DNA from: Williopsis jadinii
Lineage: Eukaryota
DNA length: 64,000 nt
Assembly: GCA_024346625.1 (NCBI GenBank)
Contig: AP024664.1
Location: 1,674,001-1,738,000 of the forward strand
Direction of reading: 5' to 3'
The notes under the pieces were generated by a model, which saw only the letters and a program-made list of their open reading frames with translations, was not told the origin of the DNA and did not search any database. The translations under genes were made by a program, and so were the position numbers. How positions within the stretch are numbered: position 1 is the first letter of the stretch; the number at the start of each line of letters is the position of its first letter. Positions 22,265-34,015 of the stretch are shown one piece after another.

Positions 22265-24058
22265 ATGCGTGCGTCGATGTCTACAGCAAAGGACCTCGAG
22301 GCTAACTTGAAGACGTCGCAGTCGTCGTCGCTGGTGTCCGGCGAGAACTACATCACGGCCTCGTCGTCGTCGCCGCTCACGCAAGATGGCCACAAGCAAT
22401 CGCACTTCCAGGCCTTCAGAGACTCGTTCAAGAAGCTCGAGCCCGTCATCGATGAGTCTGAGCTACCACCAGACGCAACAGAGGCTGAGCGTAACGCCTT
22501 CATCCTCCAGAACACCCCGTTGCAGAAGTCGTTGAAGACCAGACACCTGAGGATGATCGCCATTGGTGGCTCCATCGGCACAGGCTTGTTCGTGGGCTCA
22601 GGGTCTGCCCTGGCCACTGGTGGTGCTGCCTCGCTGCCTATCGCGTGGACCATCGTGGGAACAATTGTGTTCTGCGTGATACATGCCCTCGGTGAATTGC
22701 AGTGTATGTACCCCCAGGCTGGTGCCTTCAGTGCACACGCCACTAGGTTCATCGAGCCCTCATGGGGGTTCGCCATGGGCTGGAACTACGTAGGACTGTG
22801 GATCGTCGTTCTGCCTCTGGAGATCATCGCCGCGTCGATGACCGTGACGTACTGGAACGATAACATCAACCCGGTTGCCTGGGTTACCATCTTCTACATC
22901 GCCATCGTCTCAATCAACCTGTTTGGTGTGAAAGGTTACGGTGAAGCTGAGTATCTGTTCTCTTTGATCAAACTATTGGCCATCGTGGGATTCCTCATCC
23001 TGGGTATAGTGCTGGTGTGTGGAGGTGGGCCGGAAGGCGGCTTTGTTGGTGGAAGAAACTACAGAGACCCAGGTCCATTCACCAATGGGTTCAAGGGTAT
23101 GTGCACTGTCTTCGTCACCGCTACTTATTCGCTTGGTGGTACTGAGCTCATCGGTTTGGCTGCTGCTGAGGCAGAAAACCCAAGAAAGACGCTTCCTTCT
23201 GCCTTGAAACAAGTGCTGTACAGAATTGTCCTGTTCTACATCGGCTCTTTGACGTTGATTTCCCTTCTCGTGAACGCTCAGGATGATAGATTGCTCGGAT
23301 CAAGCTCAGCTGATGCCACTGCTTCGCCATTCGTCATTGCTATCAACAACGCGGGCATCAAGGGCCTCCCTTCAGTGATGAACTGTGTGATCTTGGTCTC
23401 GGTCATGTCCGTCGGTAACTCTGCGGTCTACGGTGGTTCTCGTACCATTGCAGCGTTGGCAGCTCAAGGTTTAGCACCAAAGTGCTTCAACTACATCGAC
23501 CGTATGGGTCGTCCAATCTTTGGTATCCTGCTGAACTCTGCGTTCGGTGCATTGGCTTATCTCGTTGCATCTGAAGATCAAAATACGGTTTTCGCCTGGC
23601 TCATGGCCATCACAGGACTGTCTGTTATCTTCACGTGGATGTCCATCTTGATCTGCCACTTGCGTTTCCGTATGGCTATGAAAGCACAGGGACACTCACT
23701 TGACGAATTGCCATTCACATCACAGGCTGGAGTCCTTGGCTCCCTGTACGGTATCGTATGGCTGGTGATCTTCCTCGGCGTTCAGTTCTGGGTGGCACTC
23801 TTCCCATTGGGCTCCTCAAGCGCAAACGCAAAGAACTTCTTCCAAAACTACTTAGGTGCCATCATCATCCTCGCGATGTACATTGCAAGAAAGCTATGGT
23901 CCCGTAAACTCAATGAGTTCATTCCATTGGCTGAAATACCTCTTGACGTTGGTAGGGCAAATGTGGATATCGATCTCTTAGCACAAGAAATGGCTGAAGA
24001 AAAGGCCATCCTCAGGACAAAGCCATTCTGGTTCAGAGTTTACAAATTCCTCTGCTAA
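22265..24058 (+). CDS. Amino-acid permease (yeast YAT/APC family, Gap1/Hip1/Tat2-like)
   Basis: RHLRMIAIGGSIGTGLF, GVKGYGEAEY, GGTELIGL, C-terminal FLC. The start may be the ATG at 22277. Confidence 0.93.
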   Translation: MRASMSTAKDLEANLKTSQSSSLVSGENYITASSSSPLTQDGHKQSHFQAFRDSFKKLEPVIDESELPPDATEAERNAFILQNTPLQKSLKTRHLRMIAIGGSIGTGLFVGSGSALATGGAASLPIAWTIVGTIVFCVIHALGELQCMYPQAGAFSAHATRFIEPSWGFAMGWNYVGLWIVVLPLEIIAASMTVTYWNDNINPVAWVTIFYIAIVSINLFGVKGYGEAEYLFSLIKLLAIVGFLILGIVLVCGGGPEGGFVGGRNYRDPGPFTNGFKGMCTVFVTATYSLGGTELIGLAAAEAENPRKTLPSALKQVLYRIVLFYIGSLTLISLLVNAQDDRLLGSSSADATASPFVIAINNAGIKGLPSVMNCVILVSVMSVGNSAVYGGSRTIAALAAQGLAPKCFNYIDRMGRPIFGILLNSAFGALAYLVASEDQNTVFAWLMAITGLSVIFTWMSILICHLRFRMAMKAQGHSLDELPFTSQAGVLGSLYGIVWLVIFLGVQFWVALFPLGSSSANAKNFFQNYLGAIIILAMYIARKLWSRKLNEFIPLAEIPLDVGRANVDIDLLAQEMAEEKAILRTKPFWFRVYKFLC

Positions 24059-24325
24059 TCATATTCAATTAGATTAATCTCTATACGCATCGAATGTTCA
24101 ACACGTGGATATTCAAAGAACGCTAACAAACATCACGAACACTGACACCCTTTTAATGTTATCTTCATGGACAGAGCATTTCACCCCGGTAATGATTATA
24201 TGGTTTTCAATATCATCCTTCTCTTTTTGATTTTATATGAAGTTTTATGTACGAATACATGAATTTATTATGATACTATCTGAACACGTGATCGTATAGT
24301 TGTACATTCTATTTTCCTTTTCAAT

Positions 24326-27300
24326 CTATTTGTTTGATCTCACGCGAGAAAGATCATTTAATAACTTATCGTAAGCTTCATCGACTTCTTGAATATCATC
24401 AGCGCTATCCATGCTATCATGGTCTCTGTTCAATTCCTTTGGTTGGTGATCATCAGAGTTGGCGGACTGTTCATGGATCGATGGATAAATATTTGCCATA
24501 TCAAACTTATCGTGGTTCACATTGTCAATCAACGTCGTGATACTGTCGATACCCTTCGCCTTAATAACAGCATCTCTGAGTTCTGTACCAGATGGTAACT
24601 TTGGGACAAAGCGAGGCGACGCAGGATCCTTTGAAGGGACAGTATCGTTTGGTAATAACTGGCGTTGTTGTTGAATAAAGAAACCCCAACGGTGGAACTC
24701 ACCTTCTTCTTCCTCTTGTTTTCTTGCGTGTACTGATTGTTGCGACACGGAACGAAGCAAAATTGGACGACCAGTAGACATATCAATTGGAGTCGCTTTA
24801 CCTTCATTGACATCAATCGCCATTTGATGGGGATCAATGTCTGCATTTGAATTTGTTCCTGGAACTTGAAGTGTTTGGGTCGTCTGTGGATGAGCGTTGT
24901 CGTCTGGAAGATTCTCGAAAATGTTAATGATCTTAGCTAACGATGTCTCCAGGAAGTAGAAACGTAACAGATCTTCCTTCTCTTGCAAAGTCAATTGGCC
25001 ATGGTCACGTTTGTACATCAATGAATCCATAGTATCGTTAATACGTTCATATGTTCCTTTAACCTTCTCCAGGAACTTGCTTTGCAAGAACTTCTTACTA
25101 ACATCCTCGTCGTTAGAGTTCATCTTGTCCAAAAGCTTCGATGCTGTCTCTGCAATCAGGGTACCGTCAAATAGGATATCATCATTGGTATCATCATGTT
25201 GCGTGTTATTCAGTGTACGCTCCATGTTACGCATCAACGTGATAGCAATACGGGAACTGATCTTCTCATCGATCAAATCATAATCCAGATCGAGGTTCAC
25301 CAAAGTTTTTGAAGCCTTCACAGAGGCGTATAAGGAAGCGGAAGCTTCATAAGAAATTGTGGAATTGCCAACAATAGATACGTGCACCAACTTCTCGCAC
25401 TTTGGAATGATTTCTCCAACCAGAGAGAACGACTTCGTGCTCAATTCATTATGGTCAAAGTGGATTCTATTCAAGTTTGGGAAACGTGGGAGGTATTTGC
25501 TCAAGTAAGGAACAACACCGGGGAAGATTTGAGGAAGCCCACTCAAGTCTAAGAATCTCAAATTTGGTAATTTCGACAAAGATCTAACTAATAATGCAGC
25601 ATCTTCAACATTTAGCAAATTAGTGGAATTGAAAGAGATTGCCTGTAATGAGGGAGCATGGGAAAGTTTCTTGATCAGCGGCCTCAACTTTTCCGGTTGG
25701 CTCAAGTCATTATACCCAAGGTCTAGTCCTTCACATGTACTATTCTCCGAAGTCAACCAGTTTATCAAGATATTGATCTGCTCCAAATTGACTTCAGTCT
25801 GTGCACATCCAAATCTCTTTGTAGATCTCCGTAGTGCCTCATCAATCAATCTTCCAAAGGTTGGCACCGGAAGTTTGCAACCATTCAAAATCAACTCTTG
25901 AATGCCACCACGTAAGACAATGGTGTCGATGAAAAGATTCCAATCCATTTGCACACGATACTGCGAACTTGGCAAATCAGATTTGACCTTTTGTTGTGAA
26001 ACATCAAGTTTTGTGATAGACTTATTTCTACCAAGGAATTTGCACAGGTATCTCCAACCTTCTTCATCTATTGGCATGTTCCGCAAAGATAACTTCTCAA
26101 TCGTTGTGGAGCGAACCAATGAAGACAGAACAATCTTTAACATTTGAGTAGTCATTGTAACGTTATCGAATATAAGATTCTTAATTGGAACAATGGCAAT
26201 GAAGTCTGAGAAAGAGTATATGTCAATTAATGTTGGCTTAGGGTTCAAGAGCTTCAAAGTCTGCAATGGACTCGTCTTACCCTTTAACTGTTTCAAAGTT
26301 GCTGGAATTGGTAAGATCTCACGCAAATGACAACAACGTGTGTAGACCTGTTCTAGAGAAATTTCTGAGTGATCCTCCATTGGCTTTGGTTCTGTCTTAG
26401 CACCGATTTGTTCATGAAGGTGAATATCAGTATCAATCTCCACTCCCTTGATCGCGTTAGCCATATTCTCCTCTGCTTCATCTTCATCTTTTTCATGACC
26501 TAAGGATTTTTTGTTCTTGAAGGATTGAACTTCGATGGCAATTCTCTGGGCAGCCTTATGGGCCTCCTGTGCATGTTTTTCAGCTTCTTCCAACATCAAC
26601 TTTTGGTGCTCCTTGGCCAACTTGATTTCTTTCTCGTCGTATTGTCTCGATTCTGATTTTGATTCATTTGTGATACCCACAGTCAACTTCAAAGGTTCAC
26701 CGACGAGATCATCGACAACCAAGACGTTACCTCTCTTTGGTCTTCGAGATGGAATCTGTTGTGGTGGATCCTCTGGTAGTTTATCCAAGGCAAAAGTCAC
26801 CCTGCGTAGCCGTACTTTGCTCAGTTCCTTTATCGGCATTATCTGTCTGTTCGGGTTCTTGTTTAGCACAACGCGTTGTCCTTCTTTGATAGGAACTAGC
26901 GGGTGGCCCAATAGGTGTTCATGCTCATTCTTTGGGCTTAAAGATTCCAAAGAAGACGCAATGCTTGGAGGCGGTTGCAAGTTATGATGATGACCATGGG
27001 CGTGTGGGATATTCACAGGTGCTGAAACTGGGGAACTCGGTGCAGTTTTGTTCTTTCTTCCAAACACACTGAACAAAGACGTCGTTTTCTTCGTCTTCTT
27101 ATCGCCGCTATTGAGAGAACTCGAGCGAGACAACGCAGCTGCCTGAACAGTTGGCGTCGAGGAGGCTGAAGGTGACGAAGGTGACGGTGCAGTTTGATGC
27201 GTAACAGTAGAGCTCTTTGCACGAGTTTCGGAACTTGAGCGAGGCCTTAGCGCCTTTGATAACAACGAGCGGTTTGCTCCTGGCGCTTCCTGGCTTTTTG

Positions 27301-27721
27301 GCGGCACAGGAGCTAGTGGCGGCGTCTTCGTCACGGTTGCGGATTTCGTAGGTGAGAGCTGTTGTGGCGATGGTTTCTGCTGAACATGTGCTGTCGTTCC
27401 ACTTATTGATGAACCCGCTGTGGCCGAGGATGAAGCTGAGGTCACTGGTGATAGGGCGGCAGCAGCGGTAGTCTTCAACTCCGTCACTGCACCATGCGAA
27501 CGTGCGGTATGGGTAGCTGGCTCTGGAGTAGGAGCCTTCATCGTGCTTGCCTGTGTCTTCACTTCTCCGTTGCATGACGACGACGGCGGCTGTTTGGAGG
27601 TATCAACAGCGATGGAAGCATGGGCTTTGGAAGATGATGAAGTGCGTTTCGCCTTCTTCTTCCCCCTGTATAGCCAGTCAACATCAATGTTGGAGATATC
27701 AGGGTGTTGCATGACATCCAT
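24326..27721 (-). CDS. GIP3: Gip3/Her1/Mhp1-family LRR protein (PP1-interacting)
   Basis: First ATG is 27721 (track start 27844 is TTG). IDVDWLYRGK, RVxF motif RRVTF, PPQQIPSRRP, YTRCCHLREILPIPATLKQL, RI-like LRRs. Adjacent to ISU1, like GIP3/ISU1 and HER1/ISU2. Confidence 0.85.
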   Translation of the reverse strand: MDVMQHPDISNIDVDWLYRGKKKAKRTSSSSKAHASIAVDTSKQPPSSSCNGEVKTQASTMKAPTPEPATHTARSHGAVTELKTTAAAALSPVTSASSSATAGSSISGTTAHVQQKPSPQQLSPTKSATVTKTPPLAPVPPKSQEAPGANRSLLSKALRPRSSSETRAKSSTVTHQTAPSPSSPSASSTPTVQAAALSRSSSLNSGDKKTKKTTSLFSVFGRKNKTAPSSPVSAPVNIPHAHGHHHNLQPPPSIASSLESLSPKNEHEHLLGHPLVPIKEGQRVVLNKNPNRQIMPIKELSKVRLRRVTFALDKLPEDPPQQIPSRRPKRGNVLVVDDLVGEPLKLTVGITNESKSESRQYDEKEIKLAKEHQKLMLEEAEKHAQEAHKAAQRIAIEVQSFKNKKSLGHEKDEDEAEENMANAIKGVEIDTDIHLHEQIGAKTEPKPMEDHSEISLEQVYTRCCHLREILPIPATLKQLKGKTSPLQTLKLLNPKPTLIDIYSFSDFIAIVPIKNLIFDNVTMTTQMLKIVLSSLVRSTTIEKLSLRNMPIDEEGWRYLCKFLGRNKSITKLDVSQQKVKSDLPSSQYRVQMDWNLFIDTIVLRGGIQELILNGCKLPVPTFGRLIDEALRRSTKRFGCAQTEVNLEQINILINWLTSENSTCEGLDLGYNDLSQPEKLRPLIKKLSHAPSLQAISFNSTNLLNVEDAALLVRSLSKLPNLRFLDLSGLPQIFPGVVPYLSKYLPRFPNLNRIHFDHNELSTKSFSLVGEIIPKCEKLVHVSIVGNSTISYEASASLYASVKASKTLVNLDLDYDLIDEKISSRIAITLMRNMERTLNNTQHDDTNDDILFDGTLIAETASKLLDKMNSNDEDVSKKFLQSKFLEKVKGTYERINDTMDSLMYKRDHGQLTLQEKEDLLRFYFLETSLAKIINIFENLPDDNAHPQTTQTLQVPGTNSNADIDPHQMAIDVNEGKATPIDMSTGRPILLRSVSQQSVHARKQEEEEGEFHRWGFFIQQQRQLLPNDTVPSKDPASPRFVPKLPSGTELRDAVIKAKGIDSITTLIDNVNHDKFDMANIYPSIHEQSANSDDHQPKELNRDHDSMDSADDIQEVDEAYDKLLNDLSRVRSNK

Positions 27722-29632
27722 GGTGTTGATATCTATGGACTCGTAGTATGCCGCTGTGGGACCTGGAAGAGGACTCTTTGCTCTCCTCCTGGGTTGTGGT
27801 TTTGTGGCTATTAAAGAAAGTGTTGTGTTTTTTTGACGAAACAATCAACTCAAAGTTTTGGGAAATCTTAATAAAGAAACTCGTGCGTCAAAATTTCGTT
27901 ACCAAAAACTCTATTGTGTCCCTTTTCCAAGCAGAAGCAGACGGCGGACGGAAAAACAATAACAAGATACCACAGCGCTGAGGCCGACTGAACCAGCTAT
28001 TGGATGCGGACGTTATACAGTATGGACCCCCTTTTCTTTGCGTTATTGGTCCAGACTCGCAGCTTCTGTATGGACTGCATCATGTGTTGTTGTTCTTTAG
28101 CTAATTGGGATCTTGCTGCTCCACTGGAAAACTCCCTCTAAACCTCCAGGCTGCTCGTGAAAGCTGGCATCTAACCCAGATGGAATTTTATGATTGTAGC
28201 GATGATGTCATAGTTTCTGCTAAGATCAGGATGGCGGCGTTAATGGCAGGTTGTTTCCATTTGCGAGGGCCGTGGAAAAATCGCAGCAGTGGCAGACAGC
28301 GAAAAGAGTTAGCACTGCACTGCACTTGACAAATACCTCAATTCTACAACCGACTGGTGGATACGAGAGGAACAATTACAGGGAAAATGTGTCTATACAC
28401 GCTCGTGTGTGTCTATATATATAGGCGGTTGTCTGTGATATGTTTTTGTGGTGTTTATCTACACAATGACCACTTGCTTTCTCCACATGGTACTATAGGT
28501 GAAATGTCGTTGCCTCGGTATTGTTAGGAGTTCTTGCACAGTAGGGACAACACTCGCTAGTTGGGGGGAAGCGGCGTATCCATCGGTATCGGCTGAGAGC
28601 TAATTACCTTGCGAAAGGAAAAAGAGAGCGTTCTTTTCCTAGAACAGCTTAACTTCTCTCCACGGGCGAGGCAGGCAGCCAATGTTCTGCCAGTTACCGG
28701 TGCTTATTCTTCAATTTTTCTGCTCCCTCCGATCGCTCCCTCATCTCCCCCCCCACGGCCCATGAAAAAATAGAGAAATCGGATCCGCAAGAGCCTTTTT
28801 CATTACATAAGCATTTTGGTTTGTGCACACGCATTTTCGTTCTAGAATCGCCAGGACTCACCATCTGTGTTAGCGTTAGTAAGAATCCGCGGTTAATTGG
28901 ATACTCTCTTTAAAACCGTTACTACCGGTGAAATGTCATATTCGATAATTCATTTAATCAAAATACAAACAAGAGGTAAATCATCCATGACAAAGAAGGA
29001 GAAATGCCGCTGGTAAAAAAACTAAACCGTACTGTATTGTAATGTATTCGTCGATTGACCAAAAAAGAAACTACACCCTTTCCCCGTGACACTTGTGGAA
29101 CTCAACCATACCTATCATCGATAACGGGGATAAGAGTCATCTCATCAAAATTGACAGAAAACAACAATAATGCGCTATACCACCTCCGGTTGTAAAGCAG
29201 AGAGGGTGGCAATAACCAAAAAAAATTCAAGCAACAAACGTTCTGAGAGTCTAATTGCATGAATGTAAGCAAATCAAAACAAAACACATATTCTCAATAA
29301 AGTTAAACCACACACACGCCCTCCTCTTTGAAACCACTCTCGATTGCAACGTGTGGGTTGTAAAACATTAAAAGAGCTCGGGGAAACAACAAGAATGATT
29401 CGAGTTCACCTTCATGATTTTTACTCTATATTATCAGAGACTCAAAGAGATGAGTCAGCTTGATAAGGTGAACACATCACCGTCTCTAGATCCCTCTACT
29501 CGTATATCTTAACCCTTAAGATGTTCATATCCAGGAACAACACTAACAAAAACAACAACAAAAAACAAAAGCTCAATGAATGCTAAAGGAGTAAAGCCAT
29601 TTAAACGAGATGACAACGCCAGAACAAGGCCC

Positions 29633-30091
29633 TCAAGCCTCAGTGTCTCTAAACTTCTTAGCCTTGTAATCCTTGATGGCCGCCTTCACCGCATCCTCTG
29701 CGAGCATAGAGCAGTGGAGCTTCACAGGTGGCAAACTCAACTCCTGCGCAATCTCTTTGTTCTTGATTCTTGCCGCCTCCTCGATGGTCTTACCTCTGAC
29801 GAGCTCAGTGACATAAGAACTGGACGCAATCGCAGATCCACACCCAAACGTCTTGAACTTGACATCTTGAATCACCCCAGTCTTATCATCAACCTGTATC
29901 TGGAGACGCATAACATCACCACATGCTGGCGCACCAACCAACCCGGTACCAACGTTCGGAAGGCTCTTATCAAGAGAACCAACGTTACGAGGGTTTTGAT
30001 AGTGGTCAATAACCTTTGGGTGGTACATACGCGTCTGCTGTGTCAGAGGCTTCAATGCCTTGCTAACCAATCTGCTTTGTAACTTGAACAT
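29633..30091 (-). CDS. ISU1: Mitochondrial Fe-S scaffold
   Basis: YHPKVIDHY, GAPACGDVM, FGCGSAIASS, LPPVKLHCSML. Confidence 0.98.
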   Translation of the reverse strand: MFKLQSRLVSKALKPLTQQTRMYHPKVIDHYQNPRNVGSLDKSLPNVGTGLVGAPACGDVMRLQIQVDDKTGVIQDVKFKTFGCGSAIASSSYVTELVRGKTIEEAARIKNKEIAQELSLPPVKLHCSMLAEDAVKAAIKDYKAKKFRDTEA

Positions 30092-30475
30092 AGTTGTATC
30101 GTTGTGCTTATCAGTATCAACGTTCTCTCAAAAAAAAATTGACAATGATGAGAGAAAGAGAAAGAGAGCGAAAAAAGAGAAATCAACGCCAAATTAATCC
30201 TTTTTGTGTATTTCAGGGTCATCACTTTTTTCTCGATAATTTTGCTTTTTTCTCTTTGGCCCAAAATCCCACTGTGGGTTATTTCCCCTCTACGGCAGAG
30301 GCAAAGTTCACCTAGGAACCGTTTCTTTTTCCCCTTTTTGCCCAACTCCGGAGCCGGAGATGGTTGGAGATAAGGGGGGTTTAGGGGATTTATCGGGGAA
30401 GCGCTTGTTTTCAATCTACACGTGACAATTGGCAGTGGGATCTAGAATCAGCTTACTAAGACTAACCAGACTGGA

Positions 30476-31876
30476 CTAAACAACGTTGTGGAAATGGGAT
30501 GGGTCTCTAGAACGACCCTTTTGCACTATAGCGGCCACTTCATCCGGATCGCTTGTGATGCCGGTGAGGTTGTCGTATCCATCTGCGGTGACGAGGATGT
30601 CGTCCTCGATTCTGACACCGCCGATAGGTAGATACTTCTCGACGACGTCTGTTTGTATAAACTTTGCCTGCTCAGGTTGCTTCATTGCCAACTCGATCAG
30701 GTATGGGCTGAAGTATATACCTGGCTCGTCAGTAACGACCATGCCCTGTTGTAGATCACGGCGCAGTCTCAAGTATCTAAGCTTGGGGTCTGCGTCGTTG
30801 TAGTTTGGATACCCACCAACGTCGTGAGTATCCAGGCCTAACAAATGGCCCAGACCATGGGGGAAAAATGCGGTGCTCACGTGGCTCTTGAAGATCTCAT
30901 CCTTGTCGCCCTTGAAGATTCCCAGGTGTAAGAAGTTATCAATGAGCACCTTGTGTGCCTTGAGATGAATCTCGTCCCAAGACGCTCCTGGTTTGATCAT
31001 CGCCATGGTTTGGGACTGCATGTCCAGAACAGCGTTGTAGATGTCGATGTGCTCTGGAGTCCATTCGCCGCTGATGGGGAAGCATCTGGTGACATCCGCA
31101 CAGTAGTTCTCCCACTCCGCTCCGGCATCGATCAACACGCTGCTTCTTCCCTCCATGGAATCGTCATTCTTGACATAATGAAGAGTACCACAGTTTGGAC
31201 CTGCACAGCAGATAGGATCATAAGCCTGGTGTTTTGAGCCTTGGCGGATCGAGTGGTAGACAAACTCAGCATGGATATGGGTCTCGTTTGTCTCGATTGG
31301 CAACGCACTCATCACCGCCAGGTGTGAGTTGTCAGTGATCTGAGCCGCCTTGCGCATAAGTGAGATCTCGTAATCGTCTTTGATCAAACGAGACTCGTCA
31401 AGGGCATAGAACAGTCTCTTGTCGGACTGCTTCAGGAAGTTCGAGTACTTCTTGTTCGACTGGTTGATGTCCGTAGTCAAATTGATGTCGTACTTCACCA
31501 AATAGTTATCAATGTCCCGTTCGTACAGCACTTTATCAACATCAAACTTCTTCTGTGCCTCCTCGAGAGATAAGGGCATCCCAGACCACATAACGTCGTC
31601 GTAATCAATCTCCGGCAAGAACAGAATCAATTCCTCCTTGTTCAAGTCATAAAAGACATGAGACGATGGAACGTTACACCCGGTCAGATAGTAAAAGTAC
31701 CTCTCTTGTCTGAAGACCTTTGCAGTATCGGAGTACTTGTAACTCTCCTGGAATGAACCGCTTAGAAACAACGCATAGTCCGAAAGGTCTTTGATCTTTG
31801 TTTTTAAGTGCTTCTTGACGTTTAAAGCGTGCTGGCGAGCTGGATACTTAGTCATTGTTGATATTGCCCTCAACAT
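30476..31876 (-). CDS. Xaa-Pro dipeptidase/prolidase (M24B, YFR006W-like)
   Basis: FRQERYFYYLTG, DAGAEW..YCADVTR, HGLGHLLGLDTHD, EPGIYF, GGVRIEDD. Confidence 0.93.
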   Translation of the reverse strand: MLRAISTMTKYPARQHALNVKKHLKTKIKDLSDYALFLSGSFQESYKYSDTAKVFRQERYFYYLTGCNVPSSHVFYDLNKEELILFLPEIDYDDVMWSGMPLSLEEAQKKFDVDKVLYERDIDNYLVKYDINLTTDINQSNKKYSNFLKQSDKRLFYALDESRLIKDDYEISLMRKAAQITDNSHLAVMSALPIETNETHIHAEFVYHSIRQGSKHQAYDPICCAGPNCGTLHYVKNDDSMEGRSSVLIDAGAEWENYCADVTRCFPISGEWTPEHIDIYNAVLDMQSQTMAMIKPGASWDEIHLKAHKVLIDNFLHLGIFKGDKDEIFKSHVSTAFFPHGLGHLLGLDTHDVGGYPNYNDADPKLRYLRLRRDLQQGMVVTDEPGIYFSPYLIELAMKQPEQAKFIQTDVVEKYLPIGGVRIEDDILVTADGYDNLTGITSDPDEVAAIVQKGRSRDPSHFHNVV

Positions 31877-32202
31877 TGCTCAAGTGTGAAATGGATTGCT
31901 GGGGATTAAAACTGGATTTAAATAGGACTCTGTGCTGAACAGCGAATTGGGGGAGCTCTTATTGGTGGCGGTTCCCGGTGGAGGGACATAATCTGTACGG
32001 GCAGCGCATCTCAGAACTTCTATGGAACACCCAGCACGATAATTGAGCTCTGTGCCATGGACACTGTGCTCGTCTCACCCTCTGCTTCATCAAGCTCACA
32101 TACTATTCAATCAGACTTCCTAGCTACAGATTCCAATCTACAGTAATATATTCCACTTTTAGAACTTTTAGTCAATTAAACATGTAGACAGTTTTAAACG
32201 AT

Positions 32203-33096
32203 TTAGTTCTCAGCTTGGAAAGCAGCAATCTTAGCAGCAATACGAGCCTTCTTCTCCTCCTTGGACAACTTAACTTGTCTGTACTTCTTGGAGTTCTCAG
32301 CGTATTGCTCCTTGGTGAACTTCTTCTCGGATGGCTTGAAAGCTGGGTCAGCTCTGATACCCTCGTGAGCCTCAGTGTAGATGTCTTCAACGGCATCAGC
32401 GTCGATGTCATCAGCCAAGTAACCCTTGAACAAAGTTCTGAATCTCTCCTCATCGTCATCAGCCAACTCCTCCATGTACTCAGCAACGTGACCACCGAAG
32501 ATGTACTTTCTCAAAAGGTCGGCATCCAACTCCTCGGATTCGATATCCCAACCTGGGAATCTGTTTGGAGAGTGTGGGATGTACAAACCACCGTCAGAGG
32601 CACCCTTCAAGGCACCGAAGACACGGGCACCGGTGGTGGTTCTGGTCAAACCAACATCCAAGAAGACCTTGAATGGTCTTGGACCATCCTCAACGGCCTC
32701 GGTGAGCTCGAACTCACCCTCGACTTCCTCAACACCTTGGTAAGTCTCGTCCAAACCCAACTTTTGCAAAGCTCTTCTGGCAACCAACAAACCGGTAGCG
32801 TAAGCAGCAGACCAGTTGGTCAAACCGTGGGTGATACCGTAACGTGGCAACTCATGGGAGTAAGCAGCAGTCAAGACAATGTCACCGACAATTTGGGAAG
32901 AGACGATTTGACAGATGATGTCCTTGTTGGTGATTCTAACAACAAGTCTGTACTTTGGAGTGTTGTACTTAGCCTTGTGTTGGGCAACCAATCTCTTTCT
33001 TTGGTAGTAGTCGGTCTTACCCTCTCTTCTTCTTCTGAATGGGGTCTGGAAACGGGAGTGGTAAGCAGAGGACTTTTGCTCTTTTTGGAAAGCCAT
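32203..33096 (-). CDS. RPL5: 60S ribosomal protein L5 (uL18)
   Basis: FRRRREGKTDYYQRKRL; strong codon bias. Confidence 0.99.
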   Translation of the reverse strand: MAFQKEQKSSAYHSRFQTPFRRRREGKTDYYQRKRLVAQHKAKYNTPKYRLVVRITNKDIICQIVSSQIVGDIVLTAAYSHELPRYGITHGLTNWSAAYATGLLVARRALQKLGLDETYQGVEEVEGEFELTEAVEDGPRPFKVFLDVGLTRTTTGARVFGALKGASDGGLYIPHSPNRFPGWDIESEELDADLLRKYIFGGHVAEYMEELADDDEERFRTLFKGYLADDIDADAVEDIYTEAHEGIRADPAFKPSEKKFTKEQYAENSKKYRQVKLSKEEKKARIAAKIAAFQAEN

Positions 33097-33261
33097 TTTG
33101 GATTATTAGATGTGTGAACACTTCAAAACCTGTTGATGGGTTCCATTGGTGCTTGATGATGTTTTGTAAATTTTTCACCCATCCCCTCCCACACACGACG
33201 GCGTGGCACCCACCGCGCACCAAATGGGTGAAATTGCAGGGGGACCTTCCCTTATTCTCAT

Positions 33262-33311
33262 GGTGTACGGGTGTTTGTAGCCCTAACTACATTTGACATT
33301 ATATCACGTGA
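33262..33311. promoter_or_regulatory. Rap1 + Tbf1 + Cbf1 motif cluster upstream of RPL5
   Basis: GGTGTACGGGTGT 33262-33274 (reverse complement ACACCCGTACACC), TAGCCCTAA 33278-33286, TCACGTGA 33304-33311. Confidence 0.7.
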
Positions 33312-34015
33312 TGTTTAGATAAGGGCAAACATTCCACGATGGAGACAGTGACCGGTACGGGCAACACCTGCTTAAAGAAGCCATGACAGATGAGGTCAAC
33401 GCCAACATTCTACAGTTCCTCTGAAGTACGCGTCAATTGAGGCAAAGGATAACCCACACGCTGATGAAGATCTCGGCCCTGTACAGCACTCACATCCATC
33501 AAAGACCCCTTCTCGTCCAAAGGTGAACCAAATCCATCCTCTTGTTGGTGTCCTTCACTTGCGCTCACAGTTCACAGAGGAGCCGGGCTTGTTAGCCCAC
33601 CATGTAAGATCATGCGCTCAATCAACCTTTCTATGTAAGAAGCAACGCAAAACTTGCGAACGAGGCAAAGCACCACGCTCATCAAATGGCATCTCTCTAT
33701 CTGACGGTGGAAAAGCAGGGAAAGAGACGATAACCCTGTTATGCTGCGCGTTGTGGTTTCTGTTAAGTGTCCCGTTCAACAGATGCAGCACCCTGGGACG
33801 AGAATAATTACATAGCACTTGCGGCACAGCCCCTTTTCGGAACTGATAGTTCATGTCTCAGCCTTATTAAAGGGTTAAAGATCTTGAGGGCTGTAAAGGT
33901 CTTGGTTTGCTCACAAGAAGTGACCTACTTATATATTAGACGCAGCCCACTACTGTTGTTTCTGTGCGCTGTTTCTCTGCTAGCTTCTATATAGGTATCA
34001 GTACTAATCATCGTC

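Noticed and set aside
28105..28329. MGSCC-like lipidation-motif small ORF
   Set aside because: The start codon is TTG, not ATG; nothing else supports it.
32215..33117. 300-aa antisense ORF over RPL5 (also 4817..5350 over RPS8 and 16909..17550 over eIF5A)
   Set aside because: Shadow ORFs expected from strong codon bias in highly expressed genes; no recognisable motifs.
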